From Eledone cirrhosa (lineage: Eukaryota): a DNA stretch of 64,000 nucleotides. Shown here piece after piece: positions 15,693 to 29,827 of this stretch. The translations under genes were made by a program, and so were the position numbers. The notes under the pieces are model-generated. The model searched no databases and had not been told where the DNA came from. It saw only the letters and a program-made list of their open reading frames with translations. The stretch spans positions 1,426,001 through 1,490,000 of the forward strand of contig OZ024747.1 in NCBI GenBank assembly GCA_964016885.1, read 5' to 3'. Every line of letters starts with the position of its first letter. The first letter of the stretch is position 1.

Positions 15693-17140
15693 TTCCCCCT
15701 CCAATAGACTGGTTTTTGTGCTGAAATAATACCTGTCTCCCCGCGAGTGTTGAGGGTGACCTTCAATGGAAACCCAAGGCTGACAGTCATCTCAGCCTAT
15801 AGTCTAACCGAGGGAGCCAGTGATGTGAGTGCGGAAGAGTTCCATGAGGGGGTGTGTAGAGCTGTCAACACCACACAAGCACACAACATCCTGCTTGTTT
15901 TGGGGGTCTTCAATGCACATCTGAGTAAGGAGGGCAGTGAAGATCCTTGCTGGTACTTCCATAACAACACCAACCGAAATGGAAGACTACTGAGAGAGAG
16001 ACACCCTGCTGGAAGCGAACTTGATAGCGACCAACCTAAGGTTTAGGAAGAATCCGGGGAAGATGTGGACCTATATCTCAGATATGCACCTGTCCAAGTC
16101 CCAGATTGATTTCATTCTGGTGAGGAAAAAGTGGCGGAATAGTGTTCTGAACACAGAACCATACAACTATTTCGGTACACTGGGTAGTGACCACCGGCTT
16201 GTTATGAGTGAGGTCCGGGTGAGCTCAAGAAAGAGCATGGCTCAGCCCCGGAGAGTAATCTATGACTGGGGAGCTTTCAAGGAAGATGATAAGCTACAGG
16301 AGAGGTTCACAGTGGAAGTGAGGAACAGGTTCAGTGCTCTGTGTGGAGAGACAGAGGAGAGAGAGAGATTGGATGGACTGAGGAGAGTGTGACGAGGAGG
16401 TACGGGCACTTCACCAATGCAGTGGCGGAAGCAAGTGAGATCATGGTGCCGAGGAGAAAGAACAAAAGGAAGCACGTCAGCTCTGCAGACCCAAAAGTGT
16501 GTGCAGCCAGAGAACACCTGAAAGCTGCCAAGGACCAATTCTATGCTGATCCTACGGAGGAGAGGATGGAGACTGTGGAGGTGATGAGGGAAGAACTCTG
16601 TACCGCTTACACTGAGGTCAGAGAGGAGGCACTGATAGAGAAAATCAGAAGTGTGAAGAGAGCGGTTGACAGGTCTGAATGTAAGGAGAGCTGGATGATC
16701 ATCAACGAGATCACAGGGAGGAAGAGAAGGTGTTCGAGTCAGATCCGAAGATAGGAAGAGGAAATGGCTAGACCATTTTAGGACCCTACTAGGAGAGCCG
16801 CCCTCCACAGCCCAGAGCACTGGGGAGATCAGGCGGCTATTTGAAGAACTGGATATTGAGACAGAGCCCTTCACCAGAGAGGAGCTTCAGAGAGCCATCA
16901 AGGAGGGCAAGGCTCATGGAGAAGATGGAGTGGCATCAGAGGTGATAAAGAGGTGTGATTTTGATAATATCATCCTGGGGTTCTGTAACCAGGCGCTGGA
17001 GAAAGGAGTTGCCCCGAATCAGTGGAGGATCAGTAACATCGTCCCAGTGCCAAAGAAGGGAGATCTCTCTAACACCAACAAATACAGAGGGATCTCACTG
17101 CGTCACTTGTGGCAAAGATCCTCAACAGGATGATTCTCAT
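15693..17140 (+). mobile_element. RTE-type LINE fragment (AP endonuclease C-terminus through start of RT), pseudogenised
   Basis: [71 protein letters not shown]; several frameshifts and a stop. Confidence 0.92.
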
Positions 17141-17633
17141 CTCTATTTATACATTTGAACTGAAAAATCAATACATTACAAATTAGATTTTTGCACTTGG
17201 CGTGGGTCGATTTGAACATTTTTTGACCGATGTCTCCGCCGGACCTTCATCTATAAGTGTAGCAATTTCACCGAAATTTGAACGTACGGTTTAGGAGATG
17301 TGTGCCAACCGTTTTAGAAGACAGACAGACAGACAACCTCAGTTTTATATATATAGATGTTCATTTAGTAGTTCAATGCTGTAATACGTTGGACACGATA
17401 CCGTTTCAACAACGTCATCGTCTCATACTTTGTTTCAATATTTTCTCTTGTTCTAAAGATTTCTCCCCCGATGACAGAATAAGTTTATTGGTTGTTTCAT
17501 TGTTTTGAAATATTGTTTTCTTTATTCTAGGAACCACGGAGGGGAGGCGCTTATATGAGTTTGACTGACATATTTTAGTCTGTCTGACTTAAGTTTCCTC
17601 AGATTAACATTTTGGTGTAAGTTTAATATGTTA

Positions 17634-18351
17634 TCTATATATATATAAAACTGAGGATGTCTGTCTGTGTGTATGAATTGTGAGTTTGAATCCCTAAAAC
17701 TAGAGAAGTACTCAACCGACTTTTTCCAATTTTTCCGACTTTTTCCAATTTTCTGGCTGTCTGCTGCTTCCGGTTATTCTGCCACTCTTGCTCAAGACAA
17801 ATCTCACACTCATTCCCCAAACAGTTTGTAAGTGCACACAACTTCTTCCTCACGTTTTAAGCCACAGTATTGTTTACTTACATACCACCAGACCCTTACT
17901 TCTTTGCCAGCCGTGATTGTGGCAATATTAACCTTAGCTAAGGCGGTTATATATTTCACGCAACACTAAAAATAAAAGCCGGCAACTATGTATTAGTCAG
18001 TCTCTTCTTCATACCGTAAGCAAAGAAAATCCAACTTTTAGTGGAGCCCGCGTTAGGTGAAAAACTTCATTTTTTCAGCTTTTTAGGGCTTTTTTACGTC
18101 GAGCCGATTTTCTCGAAATTTCAAGGCATATTATGCACATAAAAAAAATTAATTTTCTTGATCCCCTAGGGGCCCGCATTAGGTGACAACCTGCATTTTT
18201 CCTGCTTTATCGAGGAAAATCTTAAAGATTATCCAGCCATCAGAGAATTCGGTTTATTTTCTTTACATATTGTCGAGGCATGCAGTTTTCCACGATTAGG
18301 TCTGTTGGTGGCCCGCGTTCCAAAATACCTTATCCCGTGCAACGCCGGGTA

Positions 18352-18352
<1 letters not shown>
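17634..18352 (+). mobile_element. Non-autonomous Helitron-like element
   Basis: 5' TCTATATATATATAAAACTGAGG..(CTGT)n and a 3' hairpin CCCGTGCAACGCCGGG. An opposite-strand 5' end lies at ~17140-17358 and a similar hairpin at ~8386-8403. Confidence 0.6.
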
Positions 18353-18422
<70 letters not shown>

Positions 18423-18542
18423 GAACGATCGACTTTCGTCAAATCGGACCCCGAGAAAACAATGTTTCCATTGGTCTTTCCAGTTTCTAATACTATCTAT
18501 CGGTCCTCACGATTGCGAATCCAATTCTCCAACCACTCAGCC

Positions 18543-18642
<100 letters not shown>

Positions 18643-18738
18643 TAAACACACACACACACATATATATGTGTGTGTGCATGACGACACGTTTTATAACAGG
18701 GTTGACATCGTCAATCACTGCGGCCAGGAGAGCAACTT

Positions 18739-18811
<73 letters not shown>

Positions 18812-19008
18812 AGACCTCACTGAGTCATTAAGGTTGTTCTGACAACAATTACAATAACAACAATAGCGATATTAGAACAACATTTTGATTATGTAAATAA
18901 ACGCCCTGATAGTTCCTCGTCGGAAACCAATACATGGCCACCAGCGTCAATTGACAATCCCAGCTTCCTCTCTCTCATATGAATACTTTCCTTCCGTTCA
19001 AATCACTA

Positions 19009-19062
<54 letters not shown>

Positions 19063-19267
19063 TATGTATACGTACATACATATATGTATACAGACGTACA
19101 GTAGTATGTATATATATATATACATACATGCACACATATATATATGTACGTATGGATTCACCGAACATTTATTATAATGCTCAGTGTGTTTGTAAACAAA
19201 CATCCCGTATTAAGCCGGACACTGTCTAGCAACCATCGTTGCTCATTTGTTCAACACTGACAAAGGA

Positions 19268-19310
19268 ACGCTGTACTAGTTTCAAGCTTATTAGCTATCG
19301 TCAGCAACGT
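19268..19310 (-). ncRNA. Minimal type I hammerhead motif (left arm of inverted repeat ~19200-19600)
   Basis: ACGUUG CUGACGA UAGCU-AAUA-AGCUU GAA A-CUAG-U A CAGCGU; mirror copy on + strand at ~19492-19533. Confidence 0.82.
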
Positions 19311-19599
19311 ATACCTTCCTGCCAGATGATTGAACGTCTGAAAGTATATACTTTCCTTATGCATATTAACGGATGAGCAGCCTAATTTGCATATCGAGTG
19401 AGTTAATCGGCCGGGGTACCGAAAACGATAAACGGAAAAAATGAAACGAAATTTCATTTCTCACTCTTAGTACAGCTGTTACTTAAATAAAATTGCTGAC
19501 GATAGCTAATAAGCTTGAAACTAGTACAGCGTTCCTTTGTCAGTGTTGAACAAATGAGCGACGATGGTTGCTAGACACTGTACGGCTTAATACGGGATG

Positions 19600-19928
19600 T
19601 AATGGTGGTATGACAGAATGGTGGTACGGTGGTATGACGGTGTGACGGAATGGTGGTGTGACGATGTGACGGAATGGTGGTATGACGGTGTGACGGAATG
19701 GTGGTATGGTGGTGTGACGGGATGGTGGTGTGGCGGAATGGTGGTGTGACGGGATGGTGGTGTGACGGTGTGACGGGATGGTGGTATGGTGGTGTGACGG
19801 GATGGTGGTGTGACAGTGTGACGGGGTGGTGGTATGACGGTGTGACGGGATGGTGGTGTGACGGGGTGGTGGTGTGACGGTGTGACGGGATGGTGGTGTG
19901 ACGGTGTGACGGGATGGTGGTATGACGA
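19600..19928. repeat. Degenerate GGTGTGACGG(GATGGT) compound minisatellite
   Basis: Repeated ggtgtgacgg and gatggtgg units. Confidence 0.85.
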
Positions 19929-20069
19929 AGGCGAGGTTACCAAAATGATCTCCAATTGAAAGATTTCCGTTAGAAAGTCATCCATTACATCGTTCGTCTC
20001 AACAAGTTCCGGAAAACTGGTCAACCTATCACAATATCTCTGTCTATATATGTCTGAGTATATATACTA

Positions 20070-20114
<45 letters not shown>

Positions 20115-20500
20115 TGTGTATATACATTTGTGAGTATATATTGGCGTGTATATATATGCGTGTGTATATATATTGGTGTGTATATATATATGCGTGGGTA
20201 TATATATTTATGAGTATATATTGGTGTGTATATATATGCGTGTGTATATATATTGGTGTGTATATATTAGTGTGTGTATATATATATATGTGAGTATATA
20301 TATGTGTGTATATATATATGTATATTTATGTTGGAGGTCTGAAATAGCGATGTATATATGAACGTATTTAATAACATACTGTATGTTTATTTAAAAAGAT
20401 GTTCTAGGCCTTTCGTTATGAATTTAAGGTAGTGGCTGTTGTCACATATTTAGCTTCAGCAAAAACCTATATATTTATATATATATATTGGCACACACAC

Positions 20501-20552
<52 letters not shown>

Positions 20553-20586
20553 ACGTATAAATATATATATATATATATATGTATAA

Positions 20587-20666
<80 letters not shown>

Positions 20667-20691
20667 ATGTATATATATATGTATATATATG

Positions 20692-20740
<49 letters not shown>

Positions 20741-20743
20741 ATG

Positions 20744-20774
<31 letters not shown>

Positions 20775-20829
20775 ATGTATATATATATATATATATATGT
20801 ATGTATATATATATATATATATATGTATG

Positions 20830-20874
<45 letters not shown>

Positions 20875-20953
20875 GTATGTATATGTATGTATATGTATAT
20901 ATATATGTATATATATGTATGTATATGTATATATATATATATGTATGTATATG

Positions 20954-20986
<33 letters not shown>

Positions 20987-20987
20987 G

Positions 20988-21036
<49 letters not shown>

Positions 21037-21238
21037 GTATATATATGTATATATATGTATGTATAAATATATATATATGTATAAATATATATATATATAT
21101 AAGTTATTCCGGGTTGAATCGGAGGTAACCACAGTAATTAGGGTACTCAATACATAGCAGAGTATAAAAGTTTTAATATAGAAGAGCTTTTACAGGACTA
21201 GAACTGTTTCTGAAACAGTTCTTGTCCTATAGAAGCTC

Positions 21239-21309
<71 letters not shown>

Positions 21310-21664
21310 CAAAAGTTCTATTTAAATTGTTGGGATACAACAAGCAAATATTTTTATAACTGATATAAAGCACTCGACAAGTATTTGGAGTAGATATACG
21401 ATATTAATAAATGGAAACTATATTTATAAAACCATATTTATTTCATTATACATATTTCAAGGATACCATGTTAAATTATGGTATGCCTTCATCAGACAAA
21501 ATACAATATATACCAGTTTTATAAATAAACATTGACGTACCCTTTCAAAATGCGACCGTTACTTTTGGAAGACATCCTGATAGACTATCCTGATGTCTTC
21601 CAAAAGTAACGGTCGCATTTTGAAAGGGTACGTCAATGTTTATTTATAAAACTGGTATATATTG

Positions 21665-21729
21665 TATTTTGTCTGATGAAGGCATACCATAATTTAACAT
21701 GGTATCCTTGAAATATGTATAATGAAATA
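21665..21729 (+). ncRNA. Minimal type I hammerhead motif (palindrome ~21306-21770; mirror copy on - strand ~21439-21503)
   Basis: UAUUUUGU CUGAUGA AGG-C-AUACCAU..AUGGUAU-CCU-U GAA A-UAUGUA-U A AUGAAAUA. Confidence 0.82.
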
Positions 21730-21768
21730 AATATGGTTTTATAAATATAGTTTCCATTTATTAATATC

Positions 21769-21818
<50 letters not shown>

Positions 21819-22464
21819 AACAGAAATAACAACACAATCGGTACAGTATATGGAAATTATATATTAGGTTAACGCTTCATATAGCAGGAAGAGGGTCATA
21901 ATGTTTCGGACGCTAGTCCTTCATCAGAAGAAAGACTCAGAAATAAAATAGATTAAGGGGACGGGCGGGATGGAATTGGAAAAAATGTCTTTAGATATAG
22001 GGGGAGAGGTTGGAGGAAGCGCTTGAGAGTAGAATGGAGCTGACGGAGAAAAGATTTGAGATTGGGTATATTGAAGGTACTAGGGTGTGAGTGAAAAATA
22101 GACGGCTGAGAAGAATGTTATATACTTGGGGAGGGTCATATTGTTGTAATATTGCCAGAAATATATATATACACACATACATATATATATATAAACATAT
22201 ATATATATATATATGCATACATATATATATAAATATATATATACACATACATATATATCTATAAACATATATATATATATACATAATAATAATACTATTT
22301 GTAGTTATGTATATAGTATAAACAACCACAAACAGGAAGGTCAGTAATTTCTTAATAACCTTATTACCAGTAAGGGAAATAGCTCAATGTATGAACATCA
22401 GTTGTTTTACAGAGCAGTTAAATCGATAAATTATACAATTATCAAAGTTGTGTTCAAATCATTT

Positions 22465-22516
22465 AATAGCTGACAATCGTTTCTTCCAAACTCTCGTTTG
22501 GAATCATCGGAGCATT
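22465..22516 (-). ncRNA. Hammerhead motif with U4C core variant (palindrome ~22422-23005)
   Basis: AAUGCU CCGAUGA UUCCAAAC-GAGA-GUUUGGAA GAA A-CGAUUG-U C AGCUAUU; mirror copy on + strand ~22912-22963. Confidence 0.75.
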
Positions 22517-23005
22517 ATCAATGTTTGCACATATAATTCACCTCCTATTCAACTGAACAATAATATAGATACATATAAATTGATGTTGTGAGCAACAGTT
22601 TCGTATTTACAGGGTGGGATGGACGCGACATATATTTTATGAGAATTGTACCATAATTGTACAAGCATTCAAGTTCAAATGTTGCATGTATTCCACCCCG
22701 TGCTTTTGATTTTGATTTTGATTTTGATTTAATTTTGATTTTAATTTGAACTTGAATGCTTGTACAATTATGGTACAATTCTCGTAAAATATATGTCGCA
22801 TCCATCCCCCCCCCCCTGTAAATACGAAACTGTTGCTCAATACATCAATTTATATGTATCTATATTATTGTTCAGCTGAATAGGAGGTGAATTATATGTG
22901 CAAACATTGATAATACTCCGATGATTCCAAACGAGAGTATGGAAGAAACGATTGTCAGCTATTAAATGATTTGAACACAACTTTGATAATTGTATAATTT
23001 ATTGA

Positions 23006-23039
<34 letters not shown>

Positions 23040-23050
23040 AATAAATATCT

Positions 23051-23180
<130 letters not shown>

Positions 23181-23188
23181 ATATATAT

Positions 23189-23394
<206 letters not shown>

Positions 23395-23409
23395 AATAGA
23401 TACACACAG

Positions 23410-23471
<62 letters not shown>

Positions 23472-23516
23472 AACCTGTGTTTGTACTGCCTCTCTGTTTT
23501 GTTCCCGTTCCATTTT

Positions 23517-23582
<66 letters not shown>

Positions 23583-23604
23583 CATAAATATTTATATATA
23601 TATG

Positions 23605-23637
<33 letters not shown>

Positions 23638-23659
23638 CATAAATATTTATATATATATG

Positions 23660-23703
<44 letters not shown>

Positions 23704-23794
23704 GTGAGGTTTTTTTTATAAAATGAAAAATAACCGAGGTGTCCTACACGAGTGAAAGATGTGAGAAAAACCACAGACCCTCCATCTCAACTCA

Positions 23795-23832
23795 CCTTTT
23801 GAAAAGCAGAAGAACTGCGAAACCGGTAAAGG
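23795..23832 (+). ncRNA. Hammerhead-like motif with U3-A8 covariant core
   Basis: CCUU UUGAAAA GCAG-AAGAA-CUGC GAA A-CCGG-U A AAGG; family copies at ~26680-26720(-), ~34920-34957(+), ~48178-48214(+). Confidence 0.65.
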
Positions 23833-23901
23833 AACCAAATAAATATATATATTTAAAAAAAAAATAAGACTCCAGTTGCATTTTCGATTTCATCTCTTTT
23901 T

Positions 23902-23969
<68 letters not shown>

Positions 23970-24186
23970 AATATTTATATATATATGTATATTTATAATA
24001 TTTATATATATACATATATATATCTATATATATATATATATTTATGTAAATATATATATATACAGTATATATATACACACATAAAGACATATATATATAT
24101 TTACGTTCATATATATATACAGTATATATATATATACACACATAAATATATACATATATATATACATAAATATTTATATATATATG

Positions 24187-24223
<37 letters not shown>

Positions 24224-24759
24224 GACTGACACATACACTTTAGGCTGACATAGTGTAAAAGTTAGTGGTGACATATTTTGGTTGGGGTCAGCGAGTCAGG
24301 AGGTCAAGTGTCATGAACTAGGTAATACTTGCCACGTGCCGTACATGTGTTCATACTAATTGTACAATATAGTGTACTGGATATGGTTGGTGGGGTGGGG
24401 GGTATAGGCGGTGGTGTGGTGGTGGTGGTGGTGGTAGTGGTAGTGGTAGTGGTGGTGATGTGGAGGTATGATGGAGTGGTATATAGAGTGATGTGGAATT
24501 AAAGTGCTGTATAGTAGTATCTTGTTGTCGTTTAGCCCCAGGTCAGCTATGATAGAGCAGACAAACCTATGATCAAAGGCGTTCCAGCCATGACATTATA
24601 CCCCGACATACTCTGATCAGTCGTATGTGATGCAGTGTGCTAAGGCCTTCCAGCCATGACCTTATACCCCGACAGTAAAAATCAGTACCGAAAAAACAAA
24701 TACGAAAACCAAAAAGCCCACTCCTAACAAACCCTGGAAACCCACAACTCTGTAGATAT

Positions 24760-25250
24760 AACCTAGATACAATGCAGCAGTTTAAATATTAGGGGACCTT
24801 AGTTAGTGATGAAGGGTCAAAACTAGAATTCCTTAAAACAACCTCGCAGATAATGACTGCATTAACCAGAATGAAGCCAATGGGGAAAGAGAGGAACATC
24901 ACAATAAATAATTGTTTCTACTTTTGGCACAAGGCCAGCAATTACCTCCAGTGTATTACTGGTACTTTATTTTATCGACCTCGTAAGGATGAAAGGCAAA
25001 GTTAATCTCGGCGGGATTTGAACTCAGAATGGCAAGGGCCGTAACTCTATGCGTCAAAGCATGGCGTCCGACCCTCTGCCAATACTGCCAATCCGAGATT
25101 AGACTCCATTGGTTAATAGTACTCTCTTGTTTCCTGTACGCATGCGTGGTATGAAACCTCGTCTCTGTAGAGATGCAGTGGAAGGTTCGAGAAATTAAAC
25201 GTTACCGCAATATCTTAGACATCTCTTACATAGATTCATATCATAAACAA
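24760..25250 (+). mobile_element. Highly decayed RTE-like RT fragment interrupted by a SINE
   Basis: Remnants FKY*G/LVSDEGSKLEFL and LFLYAC..FE..RYRNILDISYID flank the SINE at 24910-25092. Confidence 0.45.
24910..25092 (-). mobile_element. tRNA-derived SINE (abundant family)
   Basis: A-box-like GGCAGTATTGG, B-box GAGTTCAAATCC, central GCCTTTCATCCTTACG(A/G)GGTCGATAAAATAAAGTACCAG, tail GGCCTTGTGCCAAAAGTAGAAACAA. Other full or partial copies at ~4645-4750, 6245-6352, 13010-13195, 14113-14160, 62195-62280, 62838-62915, 63155-63280, 63720-63817. Confidence 0.88.
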
Positions 25251-25564
25251 GAAGTGTGTGTGTGTGTGTATGTGTGTGTATGGGGGGGGGGAGAGCTAAA
25301 TCGATACTTAAACTAATAGATAGGTAGATAATTAGATATATAGATGGATAATCTGAGTGACAAAAATGCGGTCAGTGTGTGACGCCTGAAGAAGTGTGAG
25401 TTTCAAAGGAAGAGAAGAGAGAGAGGGGGGGGGAGAAGAGATAAATGAGGACGGAAAGATAGAGTGAAAACGTGAGAGAGGGGGGAAACGACAATGCGAA
25501 CAGAGAAGAGAGACGAAATACGGTCAATATGTGGCCCCGAAAGGTCAGAGTGTGACGGAGAACG

Positions 25565-25595
<31 letters not shown>

Positions 25596-26212
25596 AGAAG
25601 GGGGAGTTGAGAGAGAAGGGGGAGTTGAGAGACAGCTGAAATAGGGTCATGAAGTAAGACCTAGAGGTCAAGGGACTTTTGAGAAATGAATGTTAGTTCT
25701 AATTTAGTAATTTCCTCCGGTCAAACAAGGTCAATAAGGTTAAGGTCAATTTGAAGTTTTCAATGAAGGGCGATGTGACCTTATTCACATACACACACAC
25801 ACGTTAACGCACACACACACACACACACATGCATGTGTGTGTGTGTATTTATATGTATGTATATATATATACATGTGTGTGTGTGTATTTATATATATCG
25901 TTCAGTCCACACCTGTTTATTTGCCTCAACCTTTTTCTCTTTCCTCCTTCATCTTCCCGTTCTGTTCTCCATTCGTTTCTTATTTTCCGAAGAAAGACGT
26001 GGTCCGAAACGTCATCATTAGCTCTTTTCTCTTGACCCTCAAATTAATAACTTTAGTTGTATTATTTCCCGTCACACATCTATATATTTCCAATGTCAGT
26101 GAAGCAAGGACTTTTACCATTTTTATTTCTCTCTTATTCCTGCTCATTCTTGTAAAAACATTTGTGAATAGAATAAAATGTCTTAACTTTATTGATCTTG
26201 GCTATTCGTCCA

Positions 26213-26335
<123 letters not shown>

Positions 26336-26461
26336 TATAGCTGTCGAAACGGCTGGAGCGCAGCCGTCGGATTCCTGACTCTTTTCCTATTACCCACTCT
26401 ACTATCCTAAGTATCGAGTACTCTGGTTCGTTATGGTCCACCTGGAATCTTACCAAACTTT

Positions 26462-26613
<152 letters not shown>

Positions 26614-26754
26614 AAAAAAAGATAAAATCGAAAATGCAACTGGAATCTTATTTAAAAAAATATATATATATTTATTTGGTTCCTTTACCGGTTTCGCAGT
26701 TCTTCTGCTTTTCAAAAGTAGAGTTGAGATGGAGGGTCTGTAGTTTTTCTCACA

Positions 26755-26796
<42 letters not shown>

Positions 26797-26831
26797 CACA
26801 CACATATATATATATATATATACATATATAT

Positions 26832-27049
26832 ATAGGAACGAGTAGGACCCCGACGGCTGAGCTCAAGCCGTTTCGACGGCTAATTCTGGACTAAATCAAG
26901 TCCAGATTTAGTCCAGAATTAGCCGTCGAAACGGCTTGAGCTCAGCCGTCGGGGTCCTACTCGTTCCTATTACCCACTCTACTACCCTAAGTATTGAGTA
27001 CTTTTGTGCGTTATGGTCCACCTGGTTCCTTACCACATTTCCTTCGTTA
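26832..27049. mobile_element. Palindromic (TA)n-flanked element carrying the 3' half of a hammerhead
   Basis: GAA ACGGCU-UGAGCUC-AGCCGU C GGGGUCC; the inversion centre lies in the presumed stem II. Copies at 46000-46193, 48371-48558, 26335-26465, 62510-62560, 38385-38465. Confidence 0.75.
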
Positions 27050-27058
27050 CATATATAT

Positions 27059-27105
<47 letters not shown>

Positions 27106-27112
27106 TATATAT

Positions 27113-27159
<47 letters not shown>

Positions 27160-27362
27160 TATATACATACACACATATATATATATATATATCTACGTAG
27201 GTCCCGGGTTGAGTCGGGGATAACCACAGTAAGTAAGGTACTCAATACATGGCAGAGTAAAATTTTTTTATATTTTATAGAAGGAGCTTCTACAAGACTA
27301 GTATTGTTTCATTCAGATTATACTGTACTATACTAGTACTGTTTCATTCATATATCTATATA

Positions 27363-27411
<49 letters not shown>

Positions 27412-27440
27412 ACATATATATATATATATATGTATATATG

Positions 27441-27485
<45 letters not shown>

Positions 27486-27486
27486 G

Positions 27487-27519
<33 letters not shown>

Positions 27520-27520
27520 G

Positions 27521-27553
<33 letters not shown>

Positions 27554-27554
27554 G

Positions 27555-27689
<135 letters not shown>

Positions 27690-27815
27690 GTTATTCCGGG
27701 TTGAATCGGAGGTAACCACAGTAAGTAAGGTACTCAATACATAGCAGAGTATAACAGTTTTAATATAGATGAGATTCTACAGGACTAGAACTGTTTCATT
27801 CATTAGAAATCATCA

Positions 27816-27868
27816 GAGATTCCTGATGATTTCTAATGAATGAAACAGTTCTAGTCCTGTAGAATCTC
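27816..27868 (+). ncRNA. Type I hammerhead ribozyme motif (palindrome ~27688-27882)
   Basis: GAGAUUC CUGAUGA UUUC-UAAU-GAAU GAA ACAG-UUCUAGUC-CUGU A GAAUCUC; perfect 7-bp stem I, GUA triplet. Confidence 0.85.
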
Positions 27869-27892
27869 ATCTATATTAAAACTATATATATA

Positions 27893-27955
<63 letters not shown>

Positions 27956-28017
27956 GTATATATACGTATATACATATATATATATATATGTATATATGCA
28001 TATATACATATATATAT

Positions 28018-28065
<48 letters not shown>

Positions 28066-28099
28066 TACATATATATATTATATATATATATATATATAT

Positions 28100-28157
<58 letters not shown>

Positions 28158-28166
28158 TATATATAC

Positions 28167-28315
<149 letters not shown>

Positions 28316-28398
28316 ATATTATATTTTGAGAATAAACTCTCAGTCGTTTACAATAATTAAGCTCCAGGAAGGGGCTCTTCCGAGCAGTTTCATTTAAA

Positions 28399-28434
<36 letters not shown>

Positions 28435-28441
28435 TTATATA

Positions 28442-28542
<101 letters not shown>

Positions 28543-29003
28543 ACTCTTTTACTCTTTTACCTGTTTCAGCCATCCGGCTGAGGCCATGCTGGGGCACCGC
28601 CCTTGTTGCTACACATTTCATCTCCAGCCTGTATAAGTTGGCCACTGGTGTAGGAGGGAGTTTGTTGCTGCTGCGCTTCGGTTTCCCTCGTGTCTTGCTG
28701 TGGGCTCATCCGGGATCCTGGATAACAAGGTGTCGAGATGTTTCTTAAAGACATCCACCTCCACGTCATGCAAGTCTCGCAGATGCCTCGGCAGCCTGTT
28801 GAAGAGTTGAGGGCCCTTGAATCCCAGGCTATTGCAATACCTGCTCCTTATTCTAGATGTGGAAGACGGGACCTTTGGCACCACACAGTGACGTCCTGTT
28901 CGACGGTTGGTCCAGCTCCCAATGCCAAAGTTTGGTGCTAGTCCCTCCAGGATTTTCCACATGTAGATCAATGCGTATCTCTCCCGTCTTCGCTCCAAGG
29001 AGT
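28543..29003 (-). mobile_element. CR1-group LINE 3' end (ORF2 C-terminus plus 3' tail)
   Basis: [51 protein letters not shown]; tail GGTGCCCCAGCATGGCC..GCTGAAACAGGTAAAAGAGTAAAAGAG. Tail-only copy at 33571-33628. Confidence 0.85.
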
Positions 29004-29407
29004 ATATATATATATATATACACATATATATATATATATACACACACATATATATATATATATATATATGTAGATAAATCTACCAAGAGTTTACGGTAGT
29101 GTCCAATCCGTATGAAGAACTCAATGTATTCCGGATATCATGGAAAGAAGAGATGTAATGAAAATCCACTTTCGGTGAAAGATAAACGGTATACAGAGTC
29201 AAGATAAAATATTAAAGAAATAATGAATAAACAATTCCTTATATTAAACAAAAAAAGTTCATTATTTAACGATCGTTTCTAGGGTATATATGTGTTATAA
29301 TTGGTATGCATATTCAACAGATCTATGTACAAAATTATACAAAATTATACAAATTATCAAGATTAAATATACATACCTAACACATATATACGCCGTCTTC
29401 AGAAATA

Positions 29408-29556
29408 ATTATTTCTGAAGACGGCGTATATATGTGTTAGGTATGTATATTTAATCTTGATAATTTGTATAATTTTGTATAATTTTGTACATAGATCTGT
29501 TGAATATGCATACCAATTATAACACATATATACCCTAGAAACGATCGTTAAATAAT
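29408..29556 (+). ncRNA. Hammerhead motif with greatly extended stem II (perfect palindrome ~29205-29612)
   Basis: AUUAUUU CUGAAGA CGGC-GUAUAUAUGUGUUA..(~80 nt)..UAACACAUAUAUAC-CCUA GAA A-CGAUCG-U U AAAUAAU. The 3' tail of the same family is at 1-45. Confidence 0.72.
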
Positions 29557-29604
29557 GAACTTTTTTTGTTTAATATAAGGAATTGTTTATTCATTATTTC
29601 TTTA

Positions 29605-29731
<127 letters not shown>

Positions 29732-29768
29732 ATATATATATCTATATATCTATATATATATATATATA

Positions 29769-29827
<59 letters not shown>

